Part shown: positions 1-10,656 of the stretch, in pieces
Layout of the letters: the number at the start of each line of letters is the position of its first letter
Numbering within the stretch: the first letter of the stretch is position 1
Source: Trichinella spiralis
Taxonomy: Eukaryota
DNA length: 64,000 bases
NCBI RefSeq assembly: GCF_000181795.1
Contig: NW_003526943.1
Span: forward strand, 7,926,672 to 7,990,671
Direction of reading: 5' to 3'
Translations under genes and position numbers: made by a program
The notes under the pieces: model-generated
What the model was told of the DNA's origin: nothing
What the model saw: only the letters and a program-made list of their open reading frames with translations
The model's database searches: none

Positions 1-2613
1 TCTTTTTTTTGATAATAGCAAATACAATGAAAAAAAAATTGAAATTTTCCCCCTGTTGATAAATTGATTCTCCTTCCAATCATTGATCATCACTAATTGG
101 TCGAAAAGAGGTTTTGTAAAAATTTCAATTTGCACAATTCGAATTCACAAAGCTGAAAACGACCATCGCACTCGACGCAAATCTGCATTTCGGTGTTCTA
201 TTTTTAATTGGGTCAACATTGCACTTCAAATATCTTTTACTGTAATGAATTTGTGAACTTTAATCCGACTGAATCCCATCCACAAACGATATTGTCTTAA
301 TTTGTTCAGTGGAAAATTTGAATAATTAATTGTTGAAACTTGCAATATATGCACACAATTCAAAAAAAAAATTTCATCATAATTTGATCAAAAATTATTT
401 CAACACTTTGAATGATTTGGATCGATCGATCGTTTTCGTATGGTTTTAAATTTTGCCAAATCCCTTTTCATTTGAATTTCTATTCACATTTTTACAATTT
501 TAATTTTTTAATATAGAAAAGAAAGCATCTTCGCTTGGATAAATTTCTTCCATGCATTCGTTCTTCAATCAATATCAAATGCAACACCGACAACACCACC
601 CAAATAATTACAAGATAACACCGGTTGTAATGTTGTCAAATTTGTAAAAGTTCCAAATATTTTTTCTGCAAATTTATTGCACAGTGGAAGGTGATTTTAG
701 AAAAAAAAACAAAAGAATTTCAACGTCAAAAATTATTCATACAATTCAACATTCAATTTTGACAATTTCTGACCAAACTGATTCAAAATATATTACATTA
801 TCTGACACTTTTTCTTTCGACACCGATGACGGGTGTGATATGCGTTTGGTGAATAATTAACGATGATCGATATGTATGCAAGTATGGATGGATAGATGGA
901 TGGATGCGTGGAATTCTCTTTCGACCCAAACATGCTACATTCAAAAGCTCCATAACATGTTGCTGTTCAATTCAATTCAATTGTCTTTTTTTTTCAAAAA
1001 CGACAAATTCAAACTTCTCAATTGAAAATTTTTATTACATTCTTCTATTTGCGTTTCAATTACAATTTGAACAAAAGATGAAAAAAGAATAACGGTCTTG
1101 ACCGACATCGTTTCGCCAGTTTTTCAAATTTCATGCAAAACATGGTGAAAAGCTTCTTCTTCATTCAAAGCAAAAAAAAAACCAATTTAATACTCTCGAT
1201 TGTTAATCGAATGATTCACACGACAACAGCAGACAAACAAACAAACTATACTTCTTCCCCTGGTGCTGGTTTCACAACTACACAGGCATACTGTAGCCGT
1301 TCGAATTTCACTTTCATATTTACCGTGAACTGATTAATTTCCCATCCACTACCCGAAGAAGCGAATCCATTTGTTTGTCCAACTTACCCACACGTCATTC
1401 TCGTTCTTATTTATTTTATTATTCGTCTTCTTTTTTTGTGTCTCCATGCTTTTGCATTTGCAAATTTGCTCAACAGCACAGTAATGAATGAAACACGGTT
1501 GTCAGTTTGAAGATTCCAACCGACCGGTACGATTAAATCGACCAGCATTGTTTGTTCAATTTGTCAAACCGATCGTGCAATTATTGTTCACAAACTATTC
1601 TCTGCACCAACCAACCGAAACTGGCACCATTTTATACTGTAAAAATTATAAATTTTTATTTCAAAAATGATCAAATCAAACCATTTTCCAACTAGCAATC
1701 CAATTCAACTGATGCCAATGACAAAACGTTGCAATTTTCCAATCAATCAGTATTGTTGACGTGAACGTGCACATTTTTTTTATTTTAGATTTTTCTTTTT
1801 GCAATGAAAATTCTACAATTTATTGGAAAATATATTACCAATGAATTGAATGAAATAAAACATTATTCGTTCGTTCTCTTTCAAATCTACCTTATTACAA
1901 AATCAGTCGTAAAAATTGTTCGTTTGTTCTTGATTATCAGATACAGTAATGAAATGGTATCGTTTTAATTTAATGCTCGTTAAATTTATAAAAAAAGAAA
2001 ACATGTGTAGTTTTTGAATGAAATTTTTTTTGTTCCAATTTTATGTAGAATAAACAATCTTTTCTTTTTATAATAATAATGATGAAAGCGAGGCATTTAT
2101 TGTTCGATTGATTTTCATAGATTCATACTTTTCTAAAAATAGAAAACGTAAAATTCAAATCACTCTGATGTTTGCATAATAATACTCTGTTTAACATGAA
2201 AAAGTAAACATGGACAAAGATGAAAATCGGTTCAAAACATATTAAAACATCACTGTGTGCATTGTACACACAAATTCGAGTATGCAGTGGGTATATGCAA
2301 ACAATTTTTATGCGTAGAAGTTGACATTTCTCAAATTTTTTTCTGCCAATTTTTATTAAAAATTTCGCTGTTTTTATTCATAATTGGAAAATATTGATTG
2401 ATTGATTTCTTTACCAGTGACAAATTTTTCAAAACTTTTATCAAAACATCAAAACAGCAATTTATCGTAAGCAATTAATCCAACTGAAAATAATTTTTAA
2501 TGCAAATTAAAAAAAAACAAAAACAGTCGATCAATTCAAAATTTCCATTCATCAAATGTATTATTACTTTAAGAAACAATCACGTGGAAATTGGGTAGTG
2601 AATTTTCTTCTAT

Positions 2614-5484
2614 TTAAAATCTCTTTTTTACAAGTTTCTCAAGTTTTCGAATTCTCGAATCCAAACTGCTGTTGTCGCCCGACGACAACGCTGCATCACT
2701 GGCCACTCCTCCTCGGTCGGCGTTGAGGTCATTTTTCGAATCCAAAGCCGCTTTTTTCTCACGAAAAATATCCATAATTGCGGTTTGTTCATTTTTACGA
2801 ACAGACTTCATGTCGAGAATTTTTTGAAATTCCACAACATCCGATTCGGGTAGAAAATTTATATAATGTTCAACAAATGTACCGGGATCCGGGTCTACAG
2901 GAGCCATGACCAACTGTTAAAACATAAATTAAAAATAAACAAATAAATAAATAAATAAATAAATAAGCACGTATATACTTTCAATATCATTTCAGCTTTG
3001 GTCATGCCTTTGATGACGAGTTTGGTGAACGCTTCGGGCGGTTTACGACCAGCCGCCGATTCCAAAACTGGCAAATTGACCAGTTCGGTTTTCAAGGCGT
3101 GGGTATCGAGCAGAAGCTGCTCGGCACCGGTAACGCTCACAGGCCGACATCTCAAGATGGCGTTGATGAATTTGGGCACGAACGCGTTGACGAACCGAAA
3201 ACAGAACTGCATGAAATATTTCCTGGCCTGACCGAGGCAGTCCCGGATGCGGACCACACATTGGCGAAGATGCTGACGGATACTGGCCACGTAACGGCTC
3301 TCGTCGCCGACCGTATCCACGTTCGCCCACTGCATCTTGGTCATCGTTTGCAAAGCTGGTTCGCAGGCAGTTTCCAAATCCTGGACCAACACTTGCACAG
3401 AACTGCTCACTACACCGTGAAACATTTCCCGTTCGTTGGTAAAATCAAACTGCATAGAACAGAATAGAACAGATATATGATGAATAAAAATAATTAAATA
3501 GTAAAATAATTAGTATTTGTATACCGCTTCGTGCAAAGCTAAATCGCCAGCTTTTTCTTTCAACTTTTCTTGCAACTGATGACTAGTTTCGGCACAAAAT
3601 TCCGCCGTAATCAAAATACAACAGACCAAATAAATTTCATCGTTCGACAATCTGGGCATGTCACCTTCTTTCAAAAAGCTCTGCAAAAGGCCGGCCGTTG
3701 TGGTCGTATGAGCGCTGGCAATTTTCGGCAACAGCCCAGTTAAACATCTGCACAACAACAACAACAATATCATCCGAACAGAATATAGAAGAATTAGTAT
3801 GAGAAGATCGAAAATACCACACCTTTGCGCGTATTCGTGGAGATATTTTTTGAACAAACGTGACAAATCGACCAGAATGTTCGCATTCATGCCGAGCTGA
3901 AGCAACTGTTGAATGGACTTTTTGTAAAAGACGAACAGATCACTGCTGGTCGGTATGGGTACGGCCGAAGTACCGTACTCGGCCGACGGGGGACCGAGTT
4001 GTTGGAATTTGGCCACAAGCTGGTCGATCAAATCGGTCAGGGTTTTGTCCAACGATGCCGTGTAGATGGACATGCGCTTCTGGAAACGACCCACCAGAAC
4101 TGATTGGAACAAAGTTTGGGCCCGGCCGGGAAAACGACGCGCCATCAGCGCTTCGAAATTCGCGGCCCTCTGGACGGCGAACAGTACCAATTTGGCGTCC
4201 AACTCGACGCATCTCTTTTCCATCACTTGGTCGAGCATCGAAGCGGTGAGGTGGAAAAATTCGGCAGCAAATTTACAAGCTACATCCCATTCGGCTGGCA
4301 ACAGAGCGGCATGTTTCCGTTCGAATTCAATCAAACAATCACGAAACCAAGAAAATCTGAATGAAAACAATTTTGCAATCTTGCAAGATGTGAATAGAAA
4401 ATAAACAATATACCATTCATTACCTGAGATCAATTTTATCCAGCCAAGCGTCGTCTTGGGTGTCGTCGAAAAGAATCTTGTATTCGGCGAGTTGTTGGTC
4501 GATCAACCAGCTGATCAGACCTTCGCGTACCGTCCGGTCCAACACGGACAACACCAGACAGACATCTTCGATAGGTACCGACTGCTGCTGACCGCTGGCC
4601 TTTTTGAAACCACCGGAAAAATAACGTTTGAATTCAGTCGTGGTCAAGTCGGCCAGTTCGATTCGAATACTGTTCACCTGGTCGGACAGAGCTTTGATCT
4701 GCGGTACGGTCATGTATTGGCTGAAATGTTCGAGCACGTTCTGTATACCGGGCAACAGGTTGGAGATGTCGCGAAAATTTTTCGTCCTTTAAAAATTCAA
4801 ACGATAATCAAATATATATATTTTTATATTTAAATTCATCTCGATTATTCACTTGACAAAACTTTCCAACGATTCCAAACCACTGACCAACATGTGCAGG
4901 TGATTCAACGTCGTTATCGAAGCGGTCAAATTTTTCTTCGCCAAATCCAACTGCCTGATATCGCGGGTGATCTCCTTGACCGTCGTCTCGGACATGTCGG
5001 TTTGGCGCTTGATGTCCATTATTCGACCGAACAATTCTCGCATCGCCTGCTTGGTCTGCTCCAAAAGCGCTTCGCTGTCCAACTGGGCGACGCTTTGCTT
5101 TTCCAATATATCCGATATTTCCTGGTCAACTTGATCAATCTGACGCTGCACATCCGCCATCACTTGACCGACGTGTGCTGAACAAAGAAAGAATAAAAAA
5201 TCTTCTTTTTTCTTTTAATCTTAATACAACTAAAAAAACAAAATACTGAATTACCTACCTAAACTCGGTTCTGATGGAAATAAATGATTGATGTAGGAAA
5301 TGGCACAAAAGTCGGGCTTGTTGAATGGATCTTCCGGATCGGCTACGGAATCCAACGCCGACTGTACAGTTTCGGAAAAACGTACCGGCGTCTGCAAGTC
5401 CATCACGCGAAGCCATTTCGGCTTTTGCTCTTCTGAATCACCACTCATCATTCGTTTCTCAATTTCAGTTCGCTCGCTGTTCAT
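2614..5484 (-). CDS. VPS53: Vacuolar protein sorting 53 (GARP/EARP complex subunit), multi-exon
   Basis: ORF pieces join over short GT-AG introns. Motifs: 'DPFNKPDFCAISYINHLFPSEPSL', 'VKEITRDIRQLDLAKKNLTASITTLNHLHMLV', 'DDAWLDKID', 'GAEQLLLDTHALK', 'EFQKILDMK'. The start is ATG 5484 or a downstream ATG near 5451. Confidence 0.93.
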
Positions 5485-5609
5485 TTATTTAAAAAGACAA
5501 TTGAAACGTTCGTTGTAAACAGCAAAAAAACAACAAAACAATATCTTTCCGCCAACGGATTCAACCAGTGCAAAACAACTTGGAACAAAAAAAACATAAA
5601 CGACAATTT

Positions 5610-5759
5610 TTAATAATCACTAGTAAGCCTTTGAATACACATCACATTTCTCAGGTGGCGATCATCAACTCCATCGGTTTCGGTAGGTACGTACAAAAAG
5701 TGATATCGACCATCCTCGTAGGCCCAATCGACATTGCTGCACAAAGGTTTCGGAATCTT

Positions 5760-5796
<37 letters not shown>

Positions 5797-7206
5797 AACA
5801 TATAACAAACAAACAATTCACTCACCTGCAACGTTCTATGACGTGGGGCATTCGGTTCTGCTTGTTCACTGAGAATCTGCCGCATCCGTCGCCAAAGGAG
5901 AAAGTAATCCCGTTGCGGTGGGTTCAATTTATGACAATGCGTATTCAGCTGGTCATTGCTCACCATGTAACAATGCTTGCCGCTGCTCACCGCAGCGACA
6001 ATCACAAACGCGTCGTCGTTTGTTCTGAATAATAATAAATTTGCATATGAAAATTTTCATATGAAGTTCATATCAAAACAACAACGTACTCATTGGAAAC
6101 GGAAAACAATTTGGCCATTGCACGCAACGAATCGGAAGCAAAACGCATAAAATGATCCCGTCCAATAACCAAAATATTTCTGAATTTCAACTCAAATCTC
6201 AACAAACGAACCAAACGAGTAATCTGTTGAAGAAAATAAAAAGTTAAATTTCAAAAAACAAATTTTTCTCTTCTCAATTTTACACGTCTTATGTGAACGT
6301 CGTTGCTGGTCGGACCTCCAAGATAGGCTACGTTGCAACCGTCGACCACGACGTCAAATGGATCATTTCTATTCAGAAATCTAAATTGCAAAAAAAAAAT
6401 TAATTAATAAAATTCCCACATGCAAAAGGAAAAAAAATTTAGTGAACAAACTGTCGAAAACGGTAGTATTCCTCTGGTGAAGTTTGACGGTAAACACTGT
6501 CACCGATGACAATTCGCTTAACTAATTCATCTTTCATTGAGTTGAAATCTTCATCCGACAGTGTCAACTGCTTCAAAGGACTACTGCAACAAGAACAACA
6601 GCCGCTGTCTGTTACGATTCCACAATCAACTGACCATTTGATTTCTGAAAAACTAAACAAGAAAACACAAAATTAAACCGTATTTTATTCAATTTAAAAC
6701 TGACGTTGTTACAATCATTTTAAAAAAAATTCTAAACATATTTATAAACAACAACAAACGAAAACTGTAAAATCCCTAATTTTACTTAATTAAGGGAAAT
6801 GTATATTATATACTGTACGATTGCGTTAACAATAAAAAGCAAGTCAAGATCAAAAGGAAAAAAAATAAGGCAGGCGCCAATTCAAGAATGATAATTACAT
6901 TGGCCGATATGACAACGAGAACGGTGTCTGTCTAGCGACACAAACATTTTCCTATATATATATAGCGTGACTGTGGCGCTTAGACATATGGCTGTTTTGT
7001 AAAATAGCTTGTGTATATGTGTGCTGCTAGTGCTTGCATCGGTTTGCAAATAAACGATAATGACCAGAGACATGAATGACCGACAGAAGTGAACCTAACA
7101 CCGGATGTTACAATATATTACCTTGCAAAATAACTTTTGAATGCTTCAACGGCCGATTCGTCGAAAGTACAGGACTGACTTTCGCCGTAAAAGATCACAT
7201 AGTGGG
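5610..7206 (-). CDS. PRORP: Protein-only RNase P catalytic subunit (PRORP/MRPP3), 3' part; the 5' PPR region is lost in the gap
   Basis: Approximate exons: 7122-7206, 6443-6652, 6286-6380, 6090-6225, 5826-6025, 5610-5756. They give a zinc site 'SGCCSCC', 'YRQTSPEE', NYN motifs 'FDVVVDGCNVAY' and 'ETNDDAF...SNDQLNTH', and a C-terminal H...C. All four catalytic Asp positions appear retained. Confidence 0.85.
5763..5791. repeat. (TA)n microsatellite in the last PRORP intron
   Basis: Perfect TA dinucleotide run. It produces the spurious 'YIYIYIYI' in the ORF track. Confidence 0.95.
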
Positions 7207-7864
7207 NNNNNNNNNNNNNNNNNNNNNNNNNNNNNNNNNNNNNNNNNNNNNNNNNNNNNNNNNNNNNNNNNNNNNNNNNNNNNNNNNNNNNNNNNNNNNN
7301 NNNNNNNNNNNNNNNNNNNNNNNNNNNNNNNNNNNNNNNNNNNNNNNNNNNNNNNNNNNNNNNNNNNNNNNNNNNNNNNNNNNNNNNNNNNNNNNNNNNN
7401 NNNNNNNNNNNNNNNNNNNNNNNNNNNNNNNNNNNNNNNNNNNNNNNNNNNNNNNNNNNNNNNNNNNNNNNNNNNNNNNNNNNNNNNNNNNNNNNNNNNN
7501 NNNNNNNNNNNNNNNNNNNNNNNNNNNNNNNNNNNNNNNNNNNNNNNNNNNNNNNNNNNNNNNNNNNNNNNNNNNNNNNNNNNNNNNNNNNNNNNNNNNN
7601 NNNNNNNNNNNNNNNNNNNNNNNNNNNNNNNNNNNNNNNNNNNNNNNNNNNNNNNNNNNNNNNNNNNNNNNNNNNNNNNNNNNNNNNNNNNNNNNNNNNN
7701 NNNNNNNNNNNNNNNNNNNNNNNNNNNNNNNNNNNNNNNNNNNNNNNNNNNNNNNNNNNNNNNNNNNNNNNNNNNNNNNNNNNNNNNNNNNNNNNNNNNN
7801 NNNNNNNNNNNNNNNNNNNNNNNNNNNNNNNNNNNNNNNNNNNNNNNNNNNNNNNNNNNNNNNN
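7207..7864. other. Assembly gap (N run)
   Basis: Run of N. Confidence 1.
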
Positions 7865-8115
7865 CAAATTATTCACCGTTGCAGTTTCAAGTTTACCAAG
7901 GGAGTGACAAATACTCAGTTGTAGCATCATGAGTAACTCTTGATTATACTGGGAGATTTTAGTTAAATCTTCTTATTTCAATCCATGAATGTACTCTAAT
8001 ACATACAAAGTTTCTTCGTTACAAAACATCCATATATGTATTTTTATATATGTCGATGAGTTTTGCTGTTTACATGAAAAATCATGTTTGACGTTTATAC
8101 ATTTCATATAAAATA

Positions 8116-8248
8116 CAGTCGAACTTGGTTAAGTGCATAAGATTTTGGCCGAAAAAAATTTCCTGTAGTTGATTAAACGGTAAAATAATGGATAAGTGCA
8201 TGGAAATTTTTTCGAAGTTCCATGCTCACTTATAACCAAGTTCAAATG
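8116..8248. mobile_element. Short MITE of Tc1/mariner-pogo type
   Basis: The left end TA|CAGTCGAACTTGGTTAAGTG and right end CACTTATAACCAAGTTCAAATG|TA are imperfect terminal inverted repeats with TA flanks. There is an internal hairpin GCATGGAA...TTCCATGC. Confidence 0.7.
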
Positions 8249-8637
8249 TAATTTGAAATGCAACATGCGTTGGACGACCAGTAAGAAAAGGCGGTGAAAA
8301 TTTGTCCCCAAGTCGACCAAATCCATTACAAAATCACAACTGTTCTGCTAAATAAAATTAAAATTGATATTTGCTACATGCGCCTTATTTTGCATTGCCC
8401 AAATTGAGGCAAATATCCGTGAAACGTTTTTATCCCTATTCCCTGCAAGAGTAGATGACATTTAGTAAAATGAAGTTACTTTATTCAAAACCGCGTAAAA
8501 TTAAGTTTCCTTGTAAAAAATTTGACAGTTTTAATTAATTCTAGAAGTATATTAAAATTCTGATTTTATTTGCTCACACACAAAGAAACATTGACCAACT
8601 TCTAAAGTGTTAAAACTGGAAAAAGTAAATAATACCA

Positions 8638-9614
8638 TTCATTAAGTTGCGTGCTTTCAAGCACAGCTGCATAAGACACTGAATCAGCACATAAATTTTA
8701 GATATAAGTTACGGTATTAGAAACAAACAAGCGGGCTGACGAGCATAAAATTACATAGTTATGAACAAACTATAATGGGATGCATGAGAGCTCCATTGAA
8801 TTATTGAGCTACTGTCATGAAATATTTTCACACCATCAATATGTTGAATAGTTGAAAACATTTCATAAAATATAATTTATCAGAATAAGTAAAAACATCG
8901 AATATTACATGCAGTGTATTTTATTATTCAAACAAAATAAGCACTATCATCATATATCACATAAAGATCATCTTCAATATTACAAAAATCAAATGCGCAT
9001 TGAAATTTAGAAAACAAGTCAATCTAAATTTATGCAAACGTAAAAGGATAATAATGAAACATTTTATAAAAATTTTAAAATAAAATATGCAAGCTATTTT
9101 CAATTTTTCATTGGTTTTCTTCATCGTTGAAATTTTCATCATTTCCATTAAGAAAAATTCAAATTTGCAACCTTCGCCATATTATCAGCAAGACGTTGAA
9201 CATTTAACTTATTTTCAATCAAAATACGGATAAAGTGGATAGTTGATCTCAAATTTCTTGCATTTGCCGCACAAAAGATTATTCTTTTGAAATTCTTTGT
9301 AAATGTGAAATTTTCAATAATGATCAACGTGTCGGTGATCGTTTGAATTGCCCATAAAACACTTCCATGTTTTCCAACCAATTTCTCAACATCCGAAGAT
9401 TTGATTATTATTAATTTCTTATACCTATACGGATTTCGACGCATAACGTTTTCATGTTTCACCGGTTCAAAAAACAAATCTTTCCGTTGCTGTTCATGAA
9501 ATGACAAATTTGTGCTCATAAAATCATAATAGTATTTATTCCACTCATCAGCTTCATTTCTTCTCGGAATCGGTGCCAAGAAATAGACATCATCCGATCA
9601 TTTGCTTTCTATGG
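8638..9614 (-). repeat. Inverted near-identical copy of ~35842-36816 (3' part of the KH-domain gene plus downstream sequence)
   Basis: ORF 9148-9579(-) is identical in protein sequence to the C-terminal part (from APIPRR onward) of 34978-36306(+). The match continues ~500 bp past the stop with a few substitutions, then the flanks diverge. Confidence 0.95.
9148..9579 (-). CDS. KH-domain protein paralog, C-terminal part (5' truncated by gap)
   Basis: KH motif 'VEKLVGKHGSVLWAIQ' with GxxG loop. Same protein sequence as the 34978-36306 gene. Confidence 0.7.
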   Translation of the reverse strand: MAPIPRRNEADEWNKYYYDFMSTNLSFHEQQRKDLFFEPVKHENVMRRNPYRYKKLIIIKSSDVEKLVGKHGSVLWAIQTITDTLIIIENFTFTKNFKRIIFCAANARNLRSTIHFIRILIENKLNVQRLADNMAKVANLNFS

Positions 9615-9624
9615 NNNNNNNNNN

Positions 9625-9850
9625 TATCAGGGTGATTTTAAAATTACAAATTATTGCTTGTGGATAAAGATTGACCGTAAGGACAGCCGCTTTGTTTATT
9701 AAAGCTTGAAAAATAAACTCTTTTCTGCCAATATCTTTAACCGTACATAGCAACAGACTACTGGCACCAGCTTACTCGCCACAATTTCATGGATGGTAAA
9801 ATGCTATTGATATCATTGGTAGAACCTTGAATGTACCATCGGTACCCTAA
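9625..9850 (-). mobile_element. Degenerate Mutator-like (MULE) transposase fragment
   Basis: The minus strand, read through frameshifts, gives 'DGTFKVLP..YQ..FTIHEIVASKLVPVVCC..KDIG..FIFQALINKAAVLTVNLYPQAIICNFKITLI'. This matches the MULE core (DGTFK..YQLFTIH..VPxVY..DFE); the second acidic motif has decayed to NFK. Confidence 0.8.
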
Positions 9851-10003
9851 GTGGTCTATTACCGATTTTCCAACTGATATATAAATCTGCTCCCACTGTT
9901 TGTAAATAAATTTGCTGCCTGTTGAAATTTATCAAGATTGGATGTTAACTTCCGGGTGTAATGTCAGAATACTGAATAATCTGTTTGAAAAATCTGGAAT
10001 GTT

Positions 10004-10656
10004 NNNNNNNNNNNNNNNNNNNNNNNNNNNNNNNNNNNNNNNNNNNNNNNNNNNNNNNNNNNNNNNNNNNNNNNNNNNNNNNNNNNNNNNNNNNNNNNNN
10101 NNNNNNNNNNNNNNNNNNNNNNNNNNNNNNNNNNNNNNNNNNNNNNNNNNNNNNNNNNNNNNNNNNNNNNNNNNNNNNNNNNNNNNNNNNNNNNNNNNNN
10201 NNNNNNNNNNNNNNNNNNNNNNNNNNNNNNNNNNNNNNNNNNNNNNNNNNNNNNNNNNNNNNNNNNNNNNNNNNNNNNNNNNNNNNNNNNNNNNNNNNNN
10301 NNNNNNNNNNNNNNNNNNNNNNNNNNNNNNNNNNNNNNNNNNNNNNNNNNNNNNNNNNNNNNNNNNNNNNNNNNNNNNNNNNNNNNNNNNNNNNNNNNNN
10401 NNNNNNNNNNNNNNNNNNNNNNNNNNNNNNNNNNNNNNNNNNNNNNNNNNNNNNNNNNNNNNNNNNNNNNNNNNNNNNNNNNNNNNNNNNNNNNNNNNNN
10501 NNNNNNNNNNNNNNNNNNNNNNNNNNNNNNNNNNNNNNNNNNNNNNNNNNNNNNNNNNNNNNNNNNNNNNNNNNNNNNNNNNNNNNNNNNNNNNNNNNNN
10601 NNNNNNNNNNNNNNNNNNNNNNNNNNNNNNNNNNNNNNNNNNNNNNNNNNNNNNNN
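10004..10656. other. Assembly gap (N run)
   Basis: Run of N. Confidence 1.

Noticed and set aside
1380..1400. Possible minus-strand first exon ATG ACG TGT GG|GTAAGT
   Set aside because: It is too short, and no supportable downstream exons were found in 1-1380.
2998..5518. Multiple plus-strand ORFs over VPS53 (similarly over HMGCS, the collagen and the TUT1-like gene)
   Set aside because: They are antisense shadows of GC-rich coding exons.
7076..7932. Long ORFs containing X runs (also 9912-10709)
   Set aside because: They are artefacts of translating through N gaps. Only the 7122-7206 minus-strand piece is a plausible exon (PRORP).
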